DNA of 57,315 nt, counting the filler, from Barthelona sp. PAP020 (taxonomy: Eukaryota), in NCBI GenBank assembly GCA_040182905.1. It is 2 parts of 2 records of this genome, joined end to end, with 100 filler letters (N's around TTAATTAATTAA, not from the genome) between each part and the next. Parts side by side here need not be neighbours in the genome. Positions count along the whole stretch, not along the records: positions 28,797 to 57,315 come from JARQWU010000122.1; 1 more part is not named here. The stretch is one strand, 5' to 3'. The first letter of the stretch is position 1; each line of letters opens with the position of its first letter. Under the pieces are notes generated by a model. It was not told where the DNA came from and did not search any database. It saw only the letters and a list, made by a program, of their open reading frames with translations. Of this stretch, positions 39,322 through 51,300 are shown piece by piece. The position numbers were made by a program, and so were the translations under genes.

Positions 39322-42300
39322 TCAAGTGGAAAGTGACAGCAATAATGCAGTGCCTCTTTTGATCCACTTATTTGATTCATCTTCTTCACAAGCTAATTCA
39401 ACAGTTGTGACATATGAAGGTCTTTCTCTTGTACCAGTACGTACAGGATACATATAAGCAGGACATTGATAAATAGCATTCGAAGGTCTCTTTCTGGTTT
39501 CAATAGGCTTGAAATGAATAATTGGCATCTCATCAACTAAAACCATGGGATGAGGTTCAGCTAATCTAGACTTCTCAACATCCCATCTCGCTCCTTCCAA
39601 ATATAATCCTTTAATATAGGCTCCATCAGAAGGTCCATGTAATAACTCGTGTTCAGTTTGTGTCATCACGTTGAATTCAAATGCAAAAGTATCAATAGGA
39701 ACACCTGTACGACGAGCAGAAGTCTGTAATAGTGCAGTTAAGAAACCAGTTGGAAAAGTGAAACCAGCAAGCCAAAATACTGTCAAAGGTGTGATTCTCT
39801 CACCCCAATTTCGCATTTGATTTATTCTTTCATCTAAATCTCTTATCCAACTGGCTAAAGGTTTAATAGAAGGATATGCGAATGAATGTTTAGCTGGAAC
39901 CCTGTTGTCATAATAGCTGTTCAAAATATCTTCGAGATCGGGGGAAATAACAACAAGACCCTGAATACCCTTTTCAAGACGCAACAAATCTTCTTCAATG
40001 ACCTCTAATAATACGTTATAACGATACATCTCTTGTAATAGAACAGTGGTCAAAGGTGTAACATCATCCCCAATGGCGATACGTGTTGCTTCAATATCTA
40101 ACAGTTTGGGCAATGACTTTTTCAATTTTTCAATCAAAGAAAGAACAACTTCTTCACGGGATTGAGTATCTTTAGAAACTATTCTAGGTTGTAAAGACAA
40201 GACAGTATCAAGAAGCAACTGTGATTCTTGGATAGCAGAAGCAATATCTGCATTGAAATGCTGTCCAAATATTTCAGGAGGATCTTGCAATCTCCAAGTT
40301 TGGATTCTTTCAACATAATCTTGTAAATGACCATCTGCTGGTATAAAGTAATTGTCAAGTCGACACAATTGTCTGTTGGGTTCATTCAACGTTGCGTCTG
40401 AATAGATATCATTCATATAAACCTTTAACAAACGTCTATCCCAATCGTCTGTGACACGACCTCCATAAGAAGCATCACCAGTTAAATATCTCAATCCTTT
40501 CCAATCAATTTCCCCTTCAGAAGTCATCTTTTGCAAATAGGATCTTAATAAACGCTCAGATATTTCAAAATCGGAATCATTGAAATCATAAACAACGTTC
40601 CATCCCAATGTCATAAATTTTCTGCGTTCAATGAGCAATGAATGGAAATATGCCAAGCCAAATAACATTCGCTTATAGGCAATTTGATTCGTATTTGGAA
40701 CTCCTTCACGACCACCATATATTCTTAACATATTAGCCTTTACACCTCTTGGAGGCTCTGTTGTAATTTTAACAGCAGATTGCAAAATAGAAATAGGGAA
40801 TTTGGGATGAGGATTAGATGACAACCATAATCTAAAACGTGGATGAACTTTTTGGCCAGGGAGTGAAGCAATAATTTTTTCAAGATCAGGCAACCATGAT
40901 ACACTTAAATGACAATTGGCTAATAGCACCCAACCACCTGATGCCATGGCTTTTTCAATCGCAGACTCAGCAATAGGTGTTTGACCTTGACCCAAGGCAA
41001 CTGATCTAAACTTTTCGGACATTCCTTTGAGTTGAGCAAAGGATGCTAACATGTGATAAGGATCAACACCAGGAGAAAGAATGAATATCAAAGGTGTTAA
41101 ATTGGTACTATCGGTAAATGCAGATTCAAGGTCGAAGGTCGGTGGATCAATGAAGTCTTCACCTAAATTGTTTGAAACAAATTGAGTGACAGCAGATAAG
41201 ATACGATCTTCACGTAAACAACGTACTATCAACATCTTTTGCATTTCAGTCAATTTAGACTCCCAATCAGCAGGTAGGGGTTCAAATTCAGGTGTTTCAT
41301 TTTGGTACCAATTTTTCCAAAGATCAGCATCAACAGAAGACTCAAAACCACCCAATAATCCATGGAAAGCTGGTAACTTTGCTAATTCATGAATATTATC
41401 CCAAGCAGACTCTGCTAACCAAGATTGTGGATTTGGCAATTGCTTGGCCTTATCCAACACAACACCACCACGTAAAAAGAACTGATATTCCGAATATTCA
41501 ATTTGACGGTCATTCATCATGATCTTGATACACATTTGGAAACTTAATAACAATTTGTGCTTGGCAAAAAGACCTCGACATACATATCGATAAAAGGCCA
41601 ATGTGTGTGTGGCCAAAATGTCAGAAATACGCTCTTTCAAATCATCATTACGCTTAGCCTTACTAATACTCAATGAAAACAATTCAATATATGAATCCAA
41701 ACTGAACTGATACATAGGATCAACTCTAGCCATGTCATTCAAAACGAAGAATAAAATACTAGCACGTTCAGCAATGGTACGGTAATTTTCACGTGACTCA
41801 TCGATACGTTTTTCAGTTGCTTGAGCATCCAGTAAATCTTGCTTAATCTTTTCAGATGTTGTCTTTGAATCTGTAAGTGTGTTAACCAAAGTTTCATCTT
41901 CCAAAACATTGTCAGTCTCGTTTAACAACATGACAATCTTGTCTTCTAATTCAACCATCTTACGCTTTTGCTCCGCCATAGACAAAACCAATTCATTTTT
42001 CTTTTCTTCCAATTTGGGCATTTCTTTTTGAACAACCAAACCCAATAATTGTTCTTCCAAACCCTTTTCTTTCACAGCAAAGTTAACTATTGTGGTTTTT
42101 GCACTGATTTCAGGACTATACGTAGGATTGTGTAACTTAGTCGTTAAGAACAATTTGAATGACTCATTATAGTCAATAAGCTTGTCTCCAAGTCTAATTT
42201 TGGTGATACCTCCTTCAATGATGAAATCTCTGTTCAAAATAGGATTTAAGATGGGGTCTATCTCTTCTCCAACGTTTTCTAATAATACAGGATCACCATA

Positions 42301-45300
42301 ACGAATAGCCATCTCCAAATCACGAACAAAACTGTTGGCGGATAAAGTCAATATCTTCAGAGAATTATCTTCTTCTAAATTACGTATCCATTTGTTAGCT
42401 TGTGATTGAGGATCAATCATCAATGGCCAACGAACACTCTTTTGAACCAAAATACCATTTTCAATGCTGAAATTATCACTGGGCAACCCTTGAATGTTCC
42501 AACTGCGTACAATTGTGGGTTCAACCAAGAAATCAATCAATTTGAAATTTGAAGAACAGTTAATATGTGCATTTAAAATATTTTCAGACCATTTCTTCAG
42601 TAAAATAGCACGATATTCAGAGGGGAAAGGTCCCGCATATGATAAGAATGCAGAAGCCAACAAACAATCTCCAGGAAGATTATCAATGTCAATTTCGTAT
42701 AAAGCAATGGTTTCTTCCCATCTACCACGTTCATCTGCCAAACCATTAACAATTGAATCGGCTCTTCTTAATTTATCTTCAGTTTCTTTGGCTTGACGTT
42801 CCAATTCTTTTTTATAATTATCTTTCTCAGCATATAACAAGTTCAAATCTTCAATTTTCTGTTTCAATTCAGCAACACGTTCTTCTGCTTCACGTAAATT
42901 GGATTGTTTAATCTCCAATTCTGCTGATAACCTGGCAACACGGGCTTTCTTTGGTGCAACAACTTTATTCACCTTTGCGAATTCTTCCATGGCAACAATC
43001 CATTCGGCTAAAACAAAAGAAGGCTCAGAAACAGTCTTGATTCTGTTTAAATTCCAGTCAGCATTGTGAGTGAATTTGCCCAATTTTCTAATCATTGTAT
43101 CAGTAATGGATTCTTTGGGATAGTTTTGTAAATCAGTCAATAAGGATGCATTAGCTAATGCAGATTGAACACTGGACCAATCAGTATCATGTTTCAACAA
43201 AATCATTAACGCACCACAAACCAATTGAACATGATAAGGAGGATTGCCCATAACTTTGATATCTGCAATAGCAGCACGATTCAAATTTTGCAAAGCCAAT
43301 TCTGCTTTGGCTAGAATAGGCATGACTCGGTCCAAATCTTCACTTGCTTGACGTGCTTGAACTTTCAAATCAGCTTCTTCGCGACTTAAAATCTCTTTTT
43401 GTTGTTCAACTTGTTGAGCTTGTGCATCGACATCAGTACGCTTGGCAATTAATTCAACCAACAATGCATCACATTCATTAGCATTATTTGCAACTTCAAT
43501 CTTGGTGTGATCTAATTTAACTGTCATAACTTCAACTTCTTTACGTGTGGCCAATAACTTGGAAAGACCAGTCTCCAATTTTCCCTTATTCTTTACGATC
43601 TCTTTCTCTTTGTTCTTGTTCAGGCCTACATACATTTCAACTAATTGCAAGAAAGAAGTGGGAGTGACAAAGTTTGAACGACGTAACTCAAAGCCCATAC
43701 GATCAGACTCCTCTTCAACCAAAGTGTGACATGACACCAATACTTCAGCAATACGTTTTCTAATTTTTGGTTCAATCTTCTCCAAATCTTCCAAACCACG
43801 CTCAGCAACTTCTAAAAGAGCATCTGCTGGCCATCTGTTGAACCAATCAATAGTGGTACAAGAAACCAAAGCTGGGAATTGTCTAACACGATCACGGAAT
43901 GCATCTCCAACTGGAGACATGCATAAAACAACATGAAGATTGGTACGAACTCTTTCAATGAAGAAAGCCCACATTAATTCATGAGTTTCTGGTTGACCTT
44001 TACAGTTACTACGATACAATGTAGTTAATTCTTCTCTCAAAGCCATTAACTCATCACCCTCAAACAATTGTGGAATTTGCCCGTTACTTAAGATGTTGTT
44101 GATATCCTCAAAGAAAATTTCTTCTGTAACTTGAGCATCGGATAATAAAAATACAGTTGGTTTAGCTTCCAAACCACACTTTTTGTACAAGTTTCGCATA
44201 TCTGCTCTAAATTCTGGTTGACCATAATTAGAAGCCAATTCAATTTGGAAAACATCCATTTCTGCAATATATGCTGCTAATCTAGTCAAAGATTGTCTAC
44301 CAGAACCACCAACACCAACTAACATTACATTACCTCTTGGTTGTTTTAAGATACGGTTAATACGACAGATGTGTTGCAAAGCATCGTTGAAAAGAACCAA
44401 ATTCATCGGCATTTTATGTTCGCTATCATAATCGCACATTTTATCAACCATCCAACTTTGTACTTGTGTAATTGCAGGAAGCAACTGATAAGACATATCT
44501 CTGGACATAAAATCACCAAACATAGGTAATTGTCCTGCTTTACACAATTTATTCAAGGAAGTATCGAAATAATCAGACACTTTACTTTGAATGTTTGAAA
44601 GGAATTTGGCATTGTCATCATCATCTGCTAGTTTATCTCCAAATACTCTAAACATCTCATGAATCCATAATTTCAACATCTGATCACGTGAATAAGTGGG
44701 TGTAGACATTAATAATCCTTGAATTACCTTAGAAACATCTCTTAAATTAAATATGTAATGTGATTTAGATGGTGTGGGTAAGAAACCAGTTACCATTAAA
44801 TGATAGATATCAGTAGTGCCTTGAATCAATTTTTCTGACAATAATAAGACAGACTCTTCAAAACCACTCTGTAAATGGGAAGATAACAGTGTACCAAAGA
44901 TACGTTTGATTTCATCATCATCAGGTTCAGGAATGTTCAAAACATGGAACCTAGATTGTAATCTATCATCAATCACTTGTCGACCACCACCAGGAGGACC
45001 CATAGCTGCAATGAATTGCAAATTGAGAATCTTTTGTCTCGTTTGCTTGCTCAAATCATACCAACACCCATAATCAATGTATTGTCTCAATAATTCCAAG
45101 GGGGGTTGTGCACCAAAAATCTCCTTTGCTGGCATATTGAAATCATCAATAAAAGCAATTTCATATGTGGCATGCTTAGGAATGTACATGTTTTGACGAT
45201 GCTCCAATTTCTCTTCAAACAAACCCTGCAGTTGTTGAGAAGACGTTTGAGCTGAGAAATTGATATCCATACGATTATAATTGCTGTTCTGACCCACAAA

Positions 45301-48300
45301 ACGATTCAAAGAATGGTCAACATAACTTGATTTACCCACACCTGTTTCTCCGACAATCAACAAGTTTCGATGTACAGGTAACAAACAATCAAGAAGATAT
45401 TGGAAACGAACAGTAGAAGCGGTAGGTACCATGTGTTTAAAGTATGCAACATTTTCAGCAGGTTTCCAATTGGCACTCAACTTATCACTCCAATGAGCCC
45501 AAGCTTTACGCTTAAAATCAACATAATATTCAAAGACAGTGTTAGTAGGTGGGAATGACCCATCAATAGTTCTTAAAAACATGTCAAATTTCTTACGACA
45601 TGTTCCTGTTGCAGCTCCTCCTAAAGTCCAAGTCAATGTAAAAGCAAAATACATCTCAACAAGACGATAGAATCCTTCTTTATCAGTACCATAGACAACT
45701 CCATTATCAGGAATAGCCAAAGTATCAAATAACACACAGAATGATTGAATTGCGTTTAAGATTGTAATTGGAACCAATTCATCCCATTCTTCATGTGCTT
45801 CGATAGCTTTGACCAAATATTTCTCGGTTAATTCTTCCATTAAAGCGGCTTGACCCTCGAATAACTTATTTTTACAACGTTTTTCCAACCAACTGTTCCA
45901 ATATGGTCTCCAACCAAGAATATCGCGATCAAAATACACCATACCACATCTCGAAACTGTAGCAGGAGAAGCAACAGCCAAGTCTCTTGTTTCAAATAAG
46001 AAAGAAACATGATTAGGGAAAGCAATACGTTCGGAGTTAATCAAAGTAAGAACTTTATTGTCATCCAAAACAGTATTCATTGACTCAATCCATAATGTAT
46101 CAATAGGACCATCGAACACTATCCAGCGTTCATCTTTATTCTCAGTAATCGAAGAAACATTACGCAAAGTGACAGAGAGTACACCATCCTTCCATTCACG
46201 AGTTTGTAAGTTGTATTCACCATAAAGTTCAATGACCTTTGGATTCAATTCATAACTATGAACAGGGACAAAATTTTCATCAGATAGACTTAATCTTGTC
46301 ATAGAATTTTTCAGAACATGCCATGTGGTAGATTTACCAGAACCAGGTAAACCAACAATCATCACACCATGACGAACAGCCTTTGTTTCGTATAATTGGA
46401 AAGCTTTTGTGATAATAGTTTCATCCACTTGTAAACCATTTGCTTTCAATTCGTCACGCATAGCATTCAAGAACGCATCTCTATTTGGTTCTGGAATATC
46501 TAAACCAGGCATCAAATCTTGAATCAAACCATCAAACAATTTTGCATCTTCAGCAATTAATTTGGGAAGATTCGAATCTCTAAGTGCCCGTAATACAATA
46601 ATTTCTTCTGAAGCTGTTAAATCAGAACGACGTGAATTTCCGGCTGCAACTAAAACAGACTTAATGGCACGCATACCAAAATCATAATGATCTTGTTTGG
46701 ATAATTGTTGGAACATTAAATTGAACAAAGAAGTGATCTTCTTACTTAACACCTTAGCCTTCGTAAAACCTTCAGAATATAAACTGATTTCTGCAATCAA
46801 TGAAAAATCAGGCCTCATCATAGAAATAGGTCTAAACAATGATTTTAAGTTATCAGGCAATTCAGTACGTCCTGCATACCCAGGATTCATGGTAACAAAA
46901 ATACCACAAGATGAATTTAATTTAATTTGACGTCCTTCAAACATAAAATGCTTTAAGTTACCGGAAATGGCTTCTAAAATGGTACTGACTTGTTGAGCAA
47001 CAACTGATAAGACTTCAATATCAATACGATTAAACTCATCAAAACAACCCCAACCACCAGTTTGTACTAAACCACTGAACATACGACCAACAGATTTATA
47101 ATCTAAACCTTCTGAACAATTAAATACAGCGCAATTGGTTCCCATAGCTTTGGCTAAATCTCTTACAGTTTCAGTCTTTCCTGTACCGGCAGGTCCTTGA
47201 GGATTACCACCACGTCTCAAAGCCAAAGCAGTTGTCAATGTCAAATAACATCTGTCTGTCAATGGTGTTACAACTAAACGACCAGGATTACCAAGGTATT
47301 CATATTGATAATCGAAGGTATAATCAGTTTGATGAGCATAACATAATTCATCTGTGATGGAAAACCTCAATTGCATGGTCCAATCAAAATCAGTTGTTTT
47401 ATTTACGTTGTTCAAATACAACTTTTGAATGACATCTCGTCCATGAACTTCAATTGTGATAAGACCAATAGTTTTTAAACGGTCAAGTTTATTCGTAGAT
47501 TCCGCTCGAACAAAATTGGTTAAACGTGTTAATAGCATCATTTGGCGTTTGGCCAAATATTTAAGAACATTCTTGGATTGTCCCTTTTCCAAATCCATTA
47601 AAGCCTTTTCTACAGCACCAGTCCAAAATACTTGTCCAGTGGTGATCGCTAATTGTCCTAAATGTTGCTTAATCCACTTTTCACGTTTATATGGATTCTG
47701 TTTCAACGCTTGATAACAATTGAACAACAATAGTTTCATAGTACTCACCATTTGCTTTTCAATCAAATGCATGTAATCTTCAACACTTCCTTCAATGGTG
47801 ATAGGATTACTGAATTGCAATAATTCACCATCATTTGAATACATTCCTGTAACCAACATTCTAGTACCTTCACTTGCTTGTAAATGAGAAACATAGAAGA
47901 AACATTTTTTGATATGGCGATTAATGACAGAACGATCATGTGCTTTACCTAACCATTCTAATAAATCATCATTGGAAAGGAAATAGAAACGTGGGAATGC
48001 CATACGCTTCGTTTCAAGATAATCCTCCAAAGATTTTTGAATAGATTCAAGCATTTCAAACATTTTTTTAAGGTTTATCTTGACTTCAGGATCTGTTAAG
48101 CCATCAAAAGCATGATTTTTATGTTTTTCAACAAAACCTTGAGTTAAATTATTCCAATCAGAAGTTACAATGTCAAATTTCTTTGCAACCAATGGTAATT
48201 GCCTTGTAATTCCTTCAGATAACGAAAATATACTATCCATATAGACCCAGTCTCTTTGTACTTGTAAAAACAATTCCAAATTTTCAACCATTGTAGATAA

Positions 48301-51300
48301 ATGCTTATCCCAATATTCAACTTGCACTAAAAATGATGCAACATAACGATTTGCCCTCATTGCAGTCAATTTAGTGATATGTTCTTCTTCGATTGCAAAG
48401 ATATTTCCTGCATCCTCTATTTTGATAAGATAATAGCGACTAGATCCTTCACGATGCATTGTAGCACTGATAATTAAACTGCTATCACGCCAAATAGTCT
48501 CAATCTCATTCAAATCATTGGATATTGCCTGTTCTTGTGTAGCAGTGATACTTAAAGATTCTATAATTTCACTGTAATAAATTAACTTCATGTCTAAGAT
48601 CTTTTGTAAGGTGAAATCATCAGCTTTCGTATCAAAATCTTGTCCTATCTCTTCCTTTAAAGCTTTCCAATGTCTTTTTTGTAAAGCAGGGTTCTTGATG
48701 TGTTCAATCAAGGGAATTAATTTCTTCACGTCTTCAACTCTTTGTCTAGACATAGCCCAAACATTGACTTTCCTCAAATCTCTTCCTAATTTATTTAATT
48801 TTTTCGAGGCAATATTACAAGCATTATCAATCTCTGTTAATTTAAGATTCAAGAATTTCATATTCTTCCAAACATTGAATTGACTCAACCAGTTCTTTTT
48901 CAATTCCCAAATTTCTCGCAAATTAGCTAAAGATTGTTCAATCTCCATTAAATCTTTTCTATCTGGTGAATGTACATTGAAAAGAAGTAAATTGGCTTGT
49001 AAACGAGTTTCTTTAGCTTTCAATTCTTCTAATAAAGCATTATATTGATCTAAAATTTCAAAAGCTTCATTGATAGGAATTTCATCATCCTTTGGAGCAT
49101 TATCAGTAACCTTTTGGGTAAACTCAACACAACTAGTTCCAAATGTTTTCATTTCAGTTAATTGTGCATCTCTAAACTTAACTTTAGTCTTTTCAATACT
49201 ATCAACATTAACATTCAATTGTGTGAGGAAATTCTTTGCTAAGTTCGGCAAATTTTCATACTCTTCAACTATATCGTCTTCAAATCCTCCATAACTTAAC
49301 AATTGTAAAGTTTGATAATAATGATGTAAAGCTTTTAATGAATAACTGCGATACAATAATTGTTTTTTCATTTTTAGCAGTTTCAATACAACATTTTCCA
49401 ATAAACCCAAATCACCTATGTTTTGATTCAAGAATTTAATTTGATCCTTGAAAAATTGACTATAATTATGTAGATTTCCTACAAATAATTGATACAATAG
49501 GTCAACATAACCATTGATCCAATCGTTACAATAGAAAATCAATTCGTTCTTCAATACTGACAAATTGATATATAAGAAGTGCTTAATGACAACCATTTCT
49601 TCAGTTTGAATAAATTGAATGTTTTCTTTATATTTACCAAGGTTTCTTTGAATATTATCAATATTATTCAATTCAAATTGAACATAACCATCCAAATTGT
49701 TTTGCAAAATGTTAACAGTTGATTGATCTTCTATCTTTAAATCATCAATAGTCACAACAATTTCATTAGACTTACTGTTCTTTATTATCTTACTGAAAAG
49801 ATTGAAAATACTTACAGTGATATTTGCTCCATTCAAACTCTTAATGTCCAAATCAGTCAATTTAGCAAACAAACCATCAATCATATCAATGATGTTTTGA
49901 GAATTTCCCTCGATTTTGCTAATGAAATTACTAAAGAACTCTTCTTTGCTCGTTAGCCATAAATGTTTGTACTTTCTATCAATATCCTTGAGGAAATCTT
50001 TTAAATTTCCATTTAATAATCCCAAATTGCTTAATAAGTCATTCATGATTGTCTTGATCTCATTATCTTGATTCAATTGTTGATAATAACTGAGTAATTT
50101 ACCTTGGTTAAACTCATTATCATTATTATTATCGATGACAATATATTCTTTAAACCAAGCCTTGTTTGTGATGGTTGTGATAAACTTGTCAGAATCAATA
50201 CTTTGAATCTCAGTCATATGTTCCTCAAACAGCTCTAATAATCCACGATCAAAATTACAATCATCAACTAAGCTAACAAATAATCTAGGGAATTGTTGAG
50301 TAATGCTAACAACTTTATTGATCAAATTTCGCAAAAGACTGTTAATCTCAGTAATATCAGGTGATAATTTAATTTCCTTGAGACTTAATATGACACTCAC
50401 ATTAAACAATGGTTGAATCTCCTTTACTATTCTTTGATTACTATTCTCATCATCATTTCCACTACCTCCAATCAATAAATTGAATAATGTGTTCAAATTT
50501 GTCTTTACAAACTTTTTTAAATTATTTTGAAGAATATTTTCAATAGAAAGAATGTATAACATCCATGCCTTTTGAACTTGAGGTCCATCTCCTTCAAAAT
50601 GAATATATGATGCCAACAATGTTTCCAACAAAGAATTATAACTCTGTAAAAAGTACCTAATCTGGGTTTCCATATGAATATCTTGTTGTTCTTCAAATTC
50701 TTTAATGGAGTACAAATGTTTCTTCTTTACATTCAGTAAATTAACATTCTTCATCTCATCTAATATGGTTAAGATCTTGTTATGATTGTTTTTGAAGTCA
50801 GTGATAACTTCTCGAACGTTTTCAGCAACATTTTTACAACTAAACAAGAAATCCAATACATTCTTAGATTGCCAAGTTAATCTTTCAATTCCAGGACGAT
50901 ATTTAACATCTAGAGACTGTAATTTCATCTTAAATAGTTCCTGTTCTTCTGGTTTCAAAAGAAAAACTATCTCATTGTAATTAGCACAAGCTTCAGTCAC
51001 ATATTGCTTCAAAATAATCAACCAATCAACATCTTGAAATTGATATGCTGCAGAATAGGGAATATCCATGTTCAAATATTGAAATCCCTTTACTTCTTCA
51101 AACAATTCAAACAAAGCAGGATCAAAATTGCATACAAAGGGAATAGCTGCTAAAGGAGATTGTCTGTTATGATTGATCAGATTTGTACTATCTCTAACCA
51201 ATAAAGGATTGTGAGGAGCACTGTTATAATTATGTTCAGAAATCTTTTCCACCCAATCTGAATAGATATTCTTTGTTTGTTGCAAAACATTGGTTTTAAA